From IMG/VR virus record IMGVR_UViG_3300020477_001611, positions 1 through 64,000 of that record: a stretch of 64,000 nucleotides of DNA, one strand, 5' to 3'. The notes beneath the pieces were generated by a model, which was given only the letters and a program-made list of their open reading frames with translations, did no database searches and had not been told where the DNA came from. How positions within the stretch are numbered: position 1 is the stretch's first letter; each line of letters begins with the position of its first letter. Below are positions 35,255 to 44,235 of the stretch, piece by piece. The position numbers and the translations under genes are program-made. Origin of the DNA: a virus.

Positions 35255-35697
35255 TTTTGTACTTTTACCGCTGCATAAAAAATACCCAACGATAAGGCAA
35301 CACCACTTATAAGGCCGCCGGCAAACCACCAATGACTGTAAGCGTTGGGTTGATCGAGTGTTATTTTTTCAAGATGATTGATTTGATTATTTTTGATTTT
35401 TAAAATTGCACCATACTTTTTTTCAGTGGCCTCCAGTGAAGCCTTGACAGTGGACGTTAGCATATCACATTTTGCCTTTTCCTTAGCTGCGCTGTGTTTA
35501 AGTTGCAACGAACACTCTAGCTGGCCTTTTTCTTTGGACGCCAAAAGGACCGCGTTAGCTTCATAGTTGTAAAGAATGCCGTTATAGGGGGCCTTTTGTC
35601 CCTGTTTGATCTCTGCTACTTTCGGGTTAGAATAAGAATTAACAGGAATAAGAATAATCAAAAATGCTAATAATGTACTAACCAGTCGCATCATCAT
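35251..35697 (-). CDS. Secreted/membrane protein (signal peptide plus C-terminal TM); possible spanin-like partner
   Basis: MMMRLVSTLLAFLIILIPVNSYS signal, coiled coil, WWFAGGLISGVALSLGIFYAA. Confidence 0.55.
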   Translation of the reverse strand: MMMRLVSTLLAFLIILIPVNSYSNPKVAEIKQGQKAPYNGILYNYEANAVLLASKEKGQLECSLQLKHSAAKEKAKCDMLTSTVKASLEATEKKYGAILKIKNNQINHLEKITLDQPNAYSHWWFAGGLISGVALSLGIFYAAVKVQK

Positions 35698-36109
35698 GTA
35701 TGTGTACCAATTCAAAACCGAACTCACTAGCAATTTGTGCGGTTCTGCCCTCTGGATCATTATGCGTCTCTTTAACAATTTTTTTAACCTTTTTCTTTTC
35801 CCACTCTTTTAAATCTAGTTTCTGCTTTTTATATTCTTCATCAAGCTGCATTAGTGTTTTATTGTAGTCCTCAATAATTTTATCGCGCTTGGTCAACTCT
35901 TCTTGGTGGGCATTGTTAATCGCCTCAATTTCCTTTTGGTGAGATTCTTTTGAAAGCTTAAAGGCGTCCATAACGCCATCAACGTTCTTGTTCTTTTTAA
36001 AGAGATATACCATGACAATAGTATACAGCCCAAGTGCAAAATAATACCAGTATTTAACAGTGGTAGCCCACACCTTCTTACAAAATGTCTTAACTGCTAA
36101 CCAAGTCAT
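35678..36109 (-). CDS. N-terminal TM plus coiled-coil protein; i-spanin-like
   Basis: YWYYFALGLYTIVMVYLF followed by a charged coiled coil. Confidence 0.5.
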   Translation of the reverse strand: MTWLAVKTFCKKVWATTVKYWYYFALGLYTIVMVYLFKKNKNVDGVMDAFKLSKESHQKEIEAINNAHQEELTKRDKIIEDYNKTLMQLDEEYKKQKLDLKEWEKKKVKKIVKETHNDPEGRTAQIASEFGFELVHIHDDATG

Positions 36110-36111
36110 TT

Positions 36112-36705
36112 TTACTCTTCGAAGGGAGAATCCTCGCCACCACCAACAACGGGACCTTCGCGGCGGTGAGATAGTGCGGTTGGGGAAGTCACAGAGCCAT
36201 CGATATCCACCTCGGTCTTCTCTTCATGATCCTCTTCGTCATAATAGTCTTCGATTTCTACCTTTATCGGATCAATACCAACGGCTCGCATTAACTCATC
36301 AAGGCCGTCGATATAGTCATTAGAACGTGTTTTTATTTCTTCACGGGCGTTGTTTAAAATGGGTGATAACTCTGCGGCACGGGTGCCCTCTACATCCACC
36401 CCCAGCTTTTCAATATCCTCGTGAAAACTATTATGAGCCTCTATAATAGATTCATAAAAGGTTTCCATAATTGATTTCATTCGCGCCACTGCTCGTTTTT
36501 CATCTGGGTCAAGCTTCGCCGTAGCTGCAGCAGTGGTGGGATCACCGCCCATCAAGGCCTTCATACCCTTAAAAACCCTTGCTATTGGGCCGGCGCCAGC
36601 GGCGGCAACTTCGCCTTTCCACTTTGCCCTAAGTCTATCAAGAACCCCTTCTTCTAAAAGTTCCTCATAGACAATCTCTTTTAACTGCTTTTTAGTAAGT
36701 TTCAT
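36112..36705 (-). CDS. Hypothetical protein, candidate internal head protein
   Basis: MKLTKKQLKEIVYEELLEE leader. Confidence 0.65.
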   Translation of the reverse strand: MKLTKKQLKEIVYEELLEEGVLDRLRAKWKGEVAAAGAGPIARVFKGMKALMGGDPTTAAATAKLDPDEKRAVARMKSIMETFYESIIEAHNSFHEDIEKLGVDVEGTRAAELSPILNNAREEIKTRSNDYIDGLDELMRAVGIDPIKVEIEDYYDEEDHEEKTEVDIDGSVTSPTALSHRREGPVVGGGEDSPFEE

Positions 36706-36708
36706 TGT

Positions 36709-36903
36709 TTATTTTCCTTTGAAGCGAGCCACCACGTCAACGAAACCTTGTGTTCCGACGTATGCTGTGGCGATGATCATCCACTGCTCTGAATCTACTT
36801 TTTCTGCCAAGAGCAATCCCGTTGTAGTTAGCCAAACGAGAAGTTTCTTTGACATAAATCTCTCTAAATTTTGATCTATAAATGCTTTTGCTGCTGCCAC
36901 CAT
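36709..36903 (-). CDS. Putative holin-like small membrane protein
   Basis: Start reassigned to ATG 36903 (GGAGGG RBS); 64 aa, two hydrophobic segments, basic C-terminus. Confidence 0.55.
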   Translation of the reverse strand: MVAAAKAFIDQNLERFMSKKLLVWLTTTGLLLAEKVDSEQWMIIATAYVGTQGFVDVVARFKGK

Positions 36904-36917
36904 TCTACCCTCCGTGG

Positions 36918-36986
36918 TTATTTGGTTCCGCAGCAGCATGAGCAGCTACAGAGTTCCTGACAATTACAATTTTCACATCCGCACAT
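36918..36986 (-). CDS. Metallothionein-like micropeptide, 22 aa, 9 Cys (MCGCENCNCQELCSCSCCCGTK)
   Basis: Hand-found. GAGGA RBS 7 nt before ATG; fills the gap between the SbcCD fusion and the holin-like gene. Confidence 0.75.
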   Translation of the reverse strand: MCGCENCNCQELCSCSCCCGTK

Positions 36987-36996
36987 TTTTTTATCC

Positions 36997-39900
36997 TCAC
37001 TGGTTGACGTAAGCATAACCGTCGTCTGTCTTCATAATGTCGATGGTCATATCTACAGTGTCTTTTAAAGACTCTATGTGAGTAATTAGTATTACAATAT
37101 CAAAATAGCTCTTCAACATCTCCAGTATGCGCGTAAAGCTCTCAAGATGTTCTTCGTCTAAAGCAGCACCGGGTTCATCCAAGATAATAAGATTGCACTT
37201 GGGCATGTTGCTAATATTTAACAAAGCAATCCTGATGGCAACGGCGGCTAGAGTTTTTTCTGCTCCAGAACCATTTTCAAGAGGCCGCGGCTCATGTTTG
37301 GGATGATGAATGAAAATATCAAGTTTGTTACCATCTTTTTCAAAATAAACTTCAAAGTTTACAATATTGGCCAACACCTTTGAGATTTCTTCATTAAGAA
37401 CTGGAAGTGCCTTGTTGATAATATCAAAAGCGATCCCGTTGCTGTGCATACACGTTAAAAACAGATGGTGCGCTGAGTATTCTGCACTCAGCCTATCTTG
37501 CTCTGTTTTTAAATGCTGTAAGTTTTCAAGTTTTTGTTCCAAGGCGCCATGTGAGCCAATCAAAGAATAGAGGCACTCATCACACTCATCAATCTTCTTT
37601 TGTCTCTCTTCGACTTCATTCTTTTTTGTTGCCAACTCTGAGTATAGTTTTTCTGTATTCTCTAGAAGTTCTCTATTTTCTTCGTAGTAGCGAATCTTTT
37701 TCCATAAGTTTTGTATTAATGAAGTGCTCTTTACTAAATTGCCTGACATTCTTTCATGTTGGAATTTTAAATTCATCAGTAGAGACTCTTCATCTTTTCT
37801 CTTATCAGTCAGCCTGTTAAAGTTCTCAATCCTCGACCTGATTTTAAAAAGATCTAGTTTTTCTAACTCAGTGGCCTTTAATGATAGCCTCTCTTTAAGA
37901 TCTTCAACAACCTTTTCAGCTATCTCCACCTGCTTCTTTGCGCTATTTGCATCTTTAATAAACTTACAGGTGGTAATAAATTGATTACCACAAGGCACTT
38001 CATTTAAAATATTTGTCTGCCTATTAAAATTGCTAAGATCTTTTTCAGAGTGTCCCTTCTTTTGTGTAAGTTTTACAATCTCTTTTTCTATCTCATCAGC
38101 GCGGTCAGATTCGCTATTAAGATTAACAATGCCGAGTGCGCTCAAGAGCTTTTCACTCTTTTGTAAAAAAATCTCTTTTTCCTCGATTTGCTGAAGGGTA
38201 TCTTCTATCTTCTTAACCAATTCATCTTCGCGAACTTGCTGATCAAGCAGTTGCTGCCTCACCTCTTTAATATGAATAATTTCGTCTGGCAAGTCAAAAA
38301 GGGCTGCTTCCAACTCCGTAATTTCCTGTTGAAGCGCACCCAACTCTATTTTTAAACCAGCGCACTCATTTTTCTTTTTCGCTACGTCTGCCCCCGCTTC
38401 AAAAATTTCTTCTTTGACCTTCTTCATGTCCTCGTCATAATCAATATCTTTGATCCTTTTTAGGACCCCTCGCAGTTCTGATACCTCTTCTTTAGCTAGC
38501 TTAAATTTCTTTTCAAAGAACTCCAAGTCCAAGAACTTAGCAAGGATCTCCTTGCGCCTTGTCGAGCCTTCGTTAATAAACTGCATAGAGCCAAGCTGAG
38601 AAGACATAGATGTTAACAAAAAGTCTTCTAGCGTTCCTAACATTTTTTTAATGTTTCTATCAGTGCCGTGTCTTTCAGTAGAATTAAGGTTGTATGTCCT
38701 GTTCATAACGTTATCAGTGCATACAAATTCTACATCGGTTTTTGCCTCATTCGTAACAGCGCCTTTAAGCTTCTTAACGTATTTATTTGATTCCCTTGAA
38801 ATCGTGTAAGTTTTATTACCCGCTTCAATCTCCACCACCGCAGACCCTTGATCCTTGTGCTCATTGATAATGTTGTAATTCTTTCGAATATTTTTAGAAG
38901 TATTATTATAAATTGCGTAGAGTAAACTATCAATGACGCTAGATTTACCACTATAGTTTTTACCAAAGATTCCAACAGTTCCAGCAAGTTTAGTAAAATC
39001 CAGTTCGTTCCCTTCCCCATAATTGAAGAGATTGTCCCACTTGAAATTTTTGATTTTCCACGAAACATTTCTAGTGGTATCCTCACTGGCCTCTGCCAAG
39101 GTGTTGTATTTTGCATTAAGAGAGTATACTTCATTTAAAGTCTCCTCATCAATATTGTACTCCTTTAAATATTCCGCTATAAGTTTTTCTTGTACACCCT
39201 GATCACGCAAATTTTCATGAATGACAGAATCTACTTCTTTTTCGACACTAATCCGCTTTGCGGCGTGGGCGCGATTCAGGAAAGAAATAGACTCTGGTTT
39301 AAAGCGTTTCTTGGCGATATCCACGGCTTTTCTGAAGATTTCGATGCTCTGGTTGTCTGAGGAAACTAAACGCAGCCTAGCGCCTTCTGGGGGCCTTGCT
39401 GACTTGGGGATTCTTCCCTTGGGAGTCAAGTTGATCGTGAAGAAAGGTTTGGGGTTGATTAGCTGATGGAAATCGCAAGTAAAGTTTTCTTTATCCTTGA
39501 TGTCCCAAAGTAAAAATCCCTTGTCTAGTGATTCTCCAAAGTTCTGTTGAATAAGAGAACCCGGGTATCTAGCTTTGCCATGATTATCCACAATCTGGTT
39601 TGTTCTGTGGATGTCTCCCAACAAGCCATAATCAAAATTCTCTAAGAAATCGATGTCTATTTCGCCATGCTCCATAACCCAGCCAGTGTCCGTTTTTGAT
39701 CCAGCAACAGCACCGTGATAAAGTGCTAAGTTGATTTTGTTCGGGTCTGATGGTGGCGCCCACTTGTCCTGATCAAGAATAGAAAGAACATTAAGCACAA
39801 TGCCCCCACCAACATCCACCTCTTTTGTATATTTATGAAAGTGAATGTTGGGGTCTTCCAACGCCTCAACAAGTGGTGTAACCGCGTCAAGACGGCTGGA

Positions 39901-40158
39901 GTTTTTAACATTACAATCGTGATTGCCCAAAATCATATGCAATGGAGCAATCTTCGCTAGGCTGGTGAACAGCCACGAAGTTAAATTAAAATACTCTGGA
40001 CTCAGATTACACTTGGTGTGTGCTGTGTCTCCTGTATTAACAATAATGTCTGGTTTAAGTTCTTCCAGCTTATCAAATAGCTGTTGAAAAACTTCTCTAT
40101 ATTCATAGTGATACTTATAGTTTCGCACATGAATATCGCTAATGTGCGCAATTTTCAT
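36997..40158 (-). CDS. Fused Mre11/SbcD nuclease - Rad50/SbcC ATPase (gp47-gp46 fusion)
   Basis: N-terminal SDIH, TGD, GNHD, YHG, GDIH, YPGS; then Walker A GKNYSGKS, coiled coil, SGAEK signature, Walker B IILDEP and ITH, all in one ORF. Confidence 0.93.
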   Translation of the reverse strand: MKIAHISDIHVRNYKYHYEYREVFQQLFDKLEELKPDIIVNTGDTAHTKCNLSPEYFNLTSWLFTSLAKIAPLHMILGNHDCNVKNSSRLDAVTPLVEALEDPNIHFHKYTKEVDVGGGIVLNVLSILDQDKWAPPSDPNKINLALYHGAVAGSKTDTGWVMEHGEIDIDFLENFDYGLLGDIHRTNQIVDNHGKARYPGSLIQQNFGESLDKGFLLWDIKDKENFTCDFHQLINPKPFFTINLTPKGRIPKSARPPEGARLRLVSSDNQSIEIFRKAVDIAKKRFKPESISFLNRAHAAKRISVEKEVDSVIHENLRDQGVQEKLIAEYLKEYNIDEETLNEVYSLNAKYNTLAEASEDTTRNVSWKIKNFKWDNLFNYGEGNELDFTKLAGTVGIFGKNYSGKSSVIDSLLYAIYNNTSKNIRKNYNIINEHKDQGSAVVEIEAGNKTYTISRESNKYVKKLKGAVTNEAKTDVEFVCTDNVMNRTYNLNSTERHGTDRNIKKMLGTLEDFLLTSMSSQLGSMQFINEGSTRRKEILAKFLDLEFFEKKFKLAKEEVSELRGVLKRIKDIDYDEDMKKVKEEIFEAGADVAKKKNECAGLKIELGALQQEITELEAALFDLPDEIIHIKEVRQQLLDQQVREDELVKKIEDTLQQIEEKEIFLQKSEKLLSALGIVNLNSESDRADEIEKEIVKLTQKKGHSEKDLSNFNRQTNILNEVPCGNQFITTCKFIKDANSAKKQVEIAEKVVEDLKERLSLKATELEKLDLFKIRSRIENFNRLTDKRKDEESLLMNLKFQHERMSGNLVKSTSLIQNLWKKIRYYEENRELLENTEKLYSELATKKNEVEERQKKIDECDECLYSLIGSHGALEQKLENLQHLKTEQDRLSAEYSAHHLFLTCMHSNGIAFDIINKALPVLNEEISKVLANIVNFEVYFEKDGNKLDIFIHHPKHEPRPLENGSGAEKTLAAVAIRIALLNISNMPKCNLIILDEPGAALDEEHLESFTRILEMLKSYFDIVILITHIESLKDTVDMTIDIMKTDDGYAYVNQ

Positions 40159-40167
40159 ATAATAACC

Positions 40168-41109
40168 TCAAAATTTAATGCCAGCGAACAGCAAAGAAAG
40201 ATCACTCGTTATAGGAGTTGCATTTTCTTTTTTAATCTGGAACTGCTCCTTGGTCATTTCGCCAACGTCTTTAAACGCGCCTACATCTATTTTAAAGACT
40301 TTTATTCCATATTTCAAGAAGTTTTTTATAATTTTCTCTTCCTTGTAAGAAACATCGGGATCTAAAGCCAAGTATATCAAAGGCTTGTGTTCAACTATTT
40401 TTTGAAACAAATAAGACCCTTCCTTAAGAGTCGAACCCAAAAGGGGAATCGTATTTGTCCCTCCCACGATGGCATCAAACACCCCCTCTACTATTGTAAC
40501 TGGCTTAAAAAAATTAATATTTAATTCATTGAAAATGATTTCATTCTTTGCAACGGAAGGATTCAAATATTTTTTTTGACCTTTATTATAAGAGCGGGCA
40601 ATAAAATAATTTACATCGCCGTTTATATCAAACGAAGGGATAATCAAACGCCCGCTGTATTCCCCACTTGGACAGTAGCCAATTTTCCACCTAACTATAT
40701 CTTTTGTGTAGACGCGACGTTTCTTAAGATAGGAGATTGGCCCCAACGAAGAAAGGGGAAGGTCTGTGTCCGTAAGAGAGACAAACTCTTTAGGCAGGTT
40801 CAACGTTGGCCTACGAATTGAACCCCCCTTTTTGAAAAGCTCATTTAATTTACTTTCTATATCAGAAAAGTCAACTATGTTATTTAATCTTTTCCATGCG
40901 TCAAGATGTTCAATCGTGCCAAATCGCTTAATTAAGTATATTATTTTACTTCCTGATTTATCACACACCCAACATTTAAACTTGTTTTTTCCCAAATTAA
41001 CTGAGAGTTTCTTTTTTGGGTGGCCACAGTAACCACAATTAAACAAGACCTCATCGCCCGAACGATAATAAGACCCTAAAACTTCTTTTAATAATTTTAA
41101 TTTTTCCAC
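40168..41109 (-). CDS. DNA primase (Zn ribbon plus TOPRIM)
   Basis: CGYC...CWVC; RLIIP; KYLN; IVEGVFDA; LALDPD; KDVGE. Confidence 0.9.
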   Translation of the reverse strand: MEKLKLLKEVLGSYYRSGDEVLFNCGYCGHPKKKLSVNLGKNKFKCWVCDKSGSKIIYLIKRFGTIEHLDAWKRLNNIVDFSDIESKLNELFKKGGSIRRPTLNLPKEFVSLTDTDLPLSSLGPISYLKKRRVYTKDIVRWKIGYCPSGEYSGRLIIPSFDINGDVNYFIARSYNKGQKKYLNPSVAKNEIIFNELNINFFKPVTIVEGVFDAIVGGTNTIPLLGSTLKEGSYLFQKIVEHKPLIYLALDPDVSYKEEKIIKNFLKYGIKVFKIDVGAFKDVGEMTKEQFQIKKENATPITSDLSLLFAGIKF

Positions 41110-41116
41110 AGAACCT

Positions 41117-41144
41117 ATTATACACTATTCTGTTGTTTTGTCAA
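41117..41144 (-). promoter_or_regulatory. Consensus sigma70 promoter TTGACA-N16-TATAAT
   Basis: Minus strand TTGACA aaacaacagaatagtg TATAAT, 7 nt before the primase GTG. Confidence 0.8.
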
Positions 41145-41642
41145 GTGTGCATAAAGCGCCAACACCATGCTGTCTGCCCTATCATAGCTTCCCGGTTTTG
41201 GGTTCCCCGCCTTGGTCAGTTCGTATTTAAAGTCGGGGATTGTTTTCTCTACATGCTCCAGAACAACCTCTTTTGCCTTTTGTCCTCGTTTAACCTTTAT
41301 ACCAACGCTTTTTCTTGCCGTCGTCGCGGAAACATATTCTGGCTCTATGCCCGTCAAGCGGTAACACATCCAACTAACAACACCATTAAATTTTGATAGA
41401 GTTGTTAGTGTCTTTGCTGATGAAAAACCGGGACGGAACATCTGCAATGATTGCTCTATCACTATTTTTGTAATGGGGAATTTTATTTTTGTGTCAAGGA
41501 GTCGCGTGCGAATAAAAGCCGCCTTTTCAAAAAAGTTTTTATATTTACGAGTATCCCAAGCCTCGCACATTAAAACATTACCTTTCTTGTCAATCACTGT
41601 TGCGCCGGTAATGCTGGTTGAAATATCTAGTCCAAGTATCAT
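41118..41642 (-). CDS. ruvC: RuvC-like Holliday junction resolvase
   Basis: ILGLDISTSITG, IVIEQ, DRADSMVLA (D-E-D-D catalytic set). Confidence 0.85.
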   Translation of the reverse strand: MILGLDISTSITGATVIDKKGNVLMCEAWDTRKYKNFFEKAAFIRTRLLDTKIKFPITKIVIEQSLQMFRPGFSSAKTLTTLSKFNGVVSWMCYRLTGIEPEYVSATTARKSVGIKVKRGQKAKEVVLEHVEKTIPDFKYELTKAGNPKPGSYDRADSMVLALYAHLTKQQNSV

Positions 41643-41654
41643 ATTATAATGATA

Positions 41655-43118
41655 TTATAAATCTATCTTTAATTTAAATGTATAATCTTGGGCATTCGTT
41701 TTTTTGATAGGAGTGGCCAATTTTGCTATCCCGACAAGATTGTGTTCATCATCGTATACATTTATTTTAGAGATGTATGTTTGATCTTGATAGGAGGATG
41801 AGTAATTTGCAAAATTACCCGACACTGTATTTGCCAAGGAAACTTTGTTGTCTTCTATATAAGCTACCGAACTAGTTTGCTTGACGAAGGTCTTCTGGTA
41901 GTCACTCCCTGATACGAGCCCTGAGCGTTGAATAAACGTTGGATTGTTAGACCAATTTAATTCGTTTTTGTTCGCATGGGCAAACATTGTTAAAGTGTTG
42001 ATGGGGTTGGTACCTTGAAAAGAAAGCGTATATGAAGAACTAACGGCTGAAAAGCTTTGAGAAATCTCTGAATCTGTTTTTTTAATATAAGAATCATATG
42101 CTCCAAAATGGACCCATCGAGGATTATCTTTAAAGCCAGCCCTTAATGTGGTGGGATTCGGAGTTTCTATGGGACAAAGATATCCATCACTTACCTCATC
42201 GCTTAAACTGTAATTGCCTGTTACTAGCAGCATTCCTTCATTGTACATAACAACGCCAATTGTACTAGAGTCGGAAGGCCCGTAAGTTTCTATTAACTCA
42301 CCATTCTGGCGGCTATCTTTGGCGGTTGCTATAAGGGTGCCGGTAACATAGAAATTTAACTCAACGCTTCCGGGCTTTATTTTTGTGCCTCGATAAATAT
42401 AGGGAACTTGAAAAAGCGTCATATACTTTTGATAAGGCGCCGCGGCCAATTCTATACTGCCATCTTTATCTGCATTGCTTGGATTAGCACTCGTTCCATT
42501 GATCGAATTAAAATATCTTTGTGGAAATGCAGCGTCAGCAGTGCCGGAAATATAATATTTATTATAATCAAAAAAAGGGCTCATCGGGCGATAATAATCT
42601 ATAACACTTTCTAAAGCTAACATCCTTCTAACGCTACCACTGAAAGCGAGGCCGGTTCCCCAAACAGACCCCGAGAGTTCAAAACTAGAATAGGGGGCTG
42701 ATGATCCTGCGCCAACCAAAAATTCTCGCGTTATTGAAGACGACAAAGGATAGGCAAGATAAATATCGGCACCCTGACCTACTTGTGTATACCCTGACGG
42801 CTTATTAAAGTTAGATGGTAGATCTGCCGCGGCACTGATTAAATCATACTTAGACTTGGAAGATGATGCATCTGTCACGAAAGTTATATTTTCAGGATTT
42901 TCATTTTTAGTTATAAAACCGTAAGCAAGATTATCTGCAATCAACTGTCGGTCAACATTCAACTCATAAAGCGATATACTTCCACTGGGGACGAGATTTC
43001 CCTGACTTATTTGGTTATTGATATAAGCTTCATTCTGATAAAAGGTTACATCATACCTTGGATAGGTTTTAAGAGTGCTGTTAAAAAGATCATTAGGCCC
43101 GAATTTATATTTTGGCAT
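41655..43118 (-). CDS. Putative baseplate/tail structural protein
   Basis: C-terminal YISKINVYDDEHNLVGIAKLATPIKK; paralogous to 43126..44220. Confidence 0.65.
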   Translation of the reverse strand: MPKYKFGPNDLFNSTLKTYPRYDVTFYQNEAYINNQISQGNLVPSGSISLYELNVDRQLIADNLAYGFITKNENPENITFVTDASSSKSKYDLISAAADLPSNFNKPSGYTQVGQGADIYLAYPLSSSITREFLVGAGSSAPYSSFELSGSVWGTGLAFSGSVRRMLALESVIDYYRPMSPFFDYNKYYISGTADAAFPQRYFNSINGTSANPSNADKDGSIELAAAPYQKYMTLFQVPYIYRGTKIKPGSVELNFYVTGTLIATAKDSRQNGELIETYGPSDSSTIGVVMYNEGMLLVTGNYSLSDEVSDGYLCPIETPNPTTLRAGFKDNPRWVHFGAYDSYIKKTDSEISQSFSAVSSSYTLSFQGTNPINTLTMFAHANKNELNWSNNPTFIQRSGLVSGSDYQKTFVKQTSSVAYIEDNKVSLANTVSGNFANYSSSYQDQTYISKINVYDDEHNLVGIAKLATPIKKTNAQDYTFKLKIDL

Positions 43119-43125
43119 ATTTTCA

Positions 43126-44220
43126 TCAATAGTCTAAACGAACACGTATAGTCACATCATTTGAAGTAGTCTTCTTGATGGGCTCACTTAATTTTGCAGT
43201 CGCGACTAACGCCCCCTGAGCATTGTACATTCCCACTGTTGTAATATAAGAAAATGGAGGATTTTTAGGATCACTGGCTTTGACCCTAATTTGGCTCGCA
43301 CTTAAATAGGTGGGGTTGCTGCTGAAATTAAATTCATTATGATTAGCTCTACAGAAATAAATTGTAGAATTCAATTCAGTTGTGTTGTTAAATTGAACGT
43401 TCTTAAGTCGATGAATCAGGCCGGCGTTCAAGACATCCATGGTACCAGTTATAATACTGTTGTTGTAGCCGGTTACAACCCCCTCTACACTTGCTGAAAT
43501 AAACTGCGATGTAGCCGTGCTTGAAACGTTGCGGCTCAAACTTTGAGAAACATCTAAAACCGCAATGCCCGCCTGATAATATAAAGTGCCAACGGCTGTT
43601 CCAGTTGCCGAGCCGACACGCAACGTAGAATATTCTCCTATTGGAGAATTAGTATCGTTAAAACTAGATGTGGCGCCATAATCACCAATAGTGATGGTAG
43701 CCTCGCCATTGCCATCAAACGGAAGATTATAAGTTCCAGTTCCCAAAGTCAGGCGAAAAGTATCTTTTTGTATTTCATCTTTTGTTAATAATCTACTAAA
43801 ATTAATAAACATGGGCGCTGTGATTTGACGCAAAGAGGTGTCATAACTGCTTGAAATGCGAAACTTATCGATTGAGCCCGTGGCGTCGTAGCCCATTAAA
43901 AGCTGCCCCATCTGGCTATAGATATTTTGCTTGTCCGTAGAGCCCGAAGAGATAGCCGCTGTGCCGGGTAAGCCGGCGACATTAGCAGAGGCTAAAAAAT
44001 TAGTCTCATCAACGCCGAGTGTAACATCAAATAGGTGGTTTGCCGAAGAGCTTAAATAGGGGTAATCATAAATGGAGGTAAACAAGCCAGCACTATATGT
44101 CTTAAGATTCTCTCCGCTATAAGTGCCAGATATAACCGACCCTGTAATCGGAATGTTCTCGTGAAGAAGAGTTTTGTTTGTAGTAACGTCATCTTTTGTT
44201 AATGGTTTTAAAGTCGTCAT
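43126..44220 (-). CDS. Putative baseplate/tail structural protein
   Basis: C-terminal NFSSNPTY...YITTVGMYNAQGALVATAKLSEPIKK...IRVRLDY. Confidence 0.65.
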   Translation of the reverse strand: MTTLKPLTKDDVTTNKTLLHENIPITGSVISGTYSGENLKTYSAGLFTSIYDYPYLSSSANHLFDVTLGVDETNFLASANVAGLPGTAAISSGSTDKQNIYSQMGQLLMGYDATGSIDKFRISSSYDTSLRQITAPMFINFSRLLTKDEIQKDTFRLTLGTGTYNLPFDGNGEATITIGDYGATSSFNDTNSPIGEYSTLRVGSATGTAVGTLYYQAGIAVLDVSQSLSRNVSSTATSQFISASVEGVVTGYNNSIITGTMDVLNAGLIHRLKNVQFNNTTELNSTIYFCRANHNEFNFSSNPTYLSASQIRVKASDPKNPPFSYITTVGMYNAQGALVATAKLSEPIKKTTSNDVTIRVRLDY

Positions 44221-44235
44221 ATTTTTTTTCCTACC

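Noticed and set aside
35255-35332. Cys-rich N-terminal extension MVVCRRPYKWCC of ORF 34865..35332
   Set aside because: It lies within the upstream gene; the ATG at 35254 gives a typical ATGA overlap.
36904-36939. N-terminal extension MLLRNQITTEGR of the holin-like ORF
   Set aside because: It overlaps the Cys-rich microgene out of frame, and the ATG at 36903 has a strong GGAGGG RBS.
41643-41665. Two TATAAT boxes upstream of ruvC as a sigma70 promoter
   Set aside because: No convincing -35 box at proper spacing in very AT-rich sequence.
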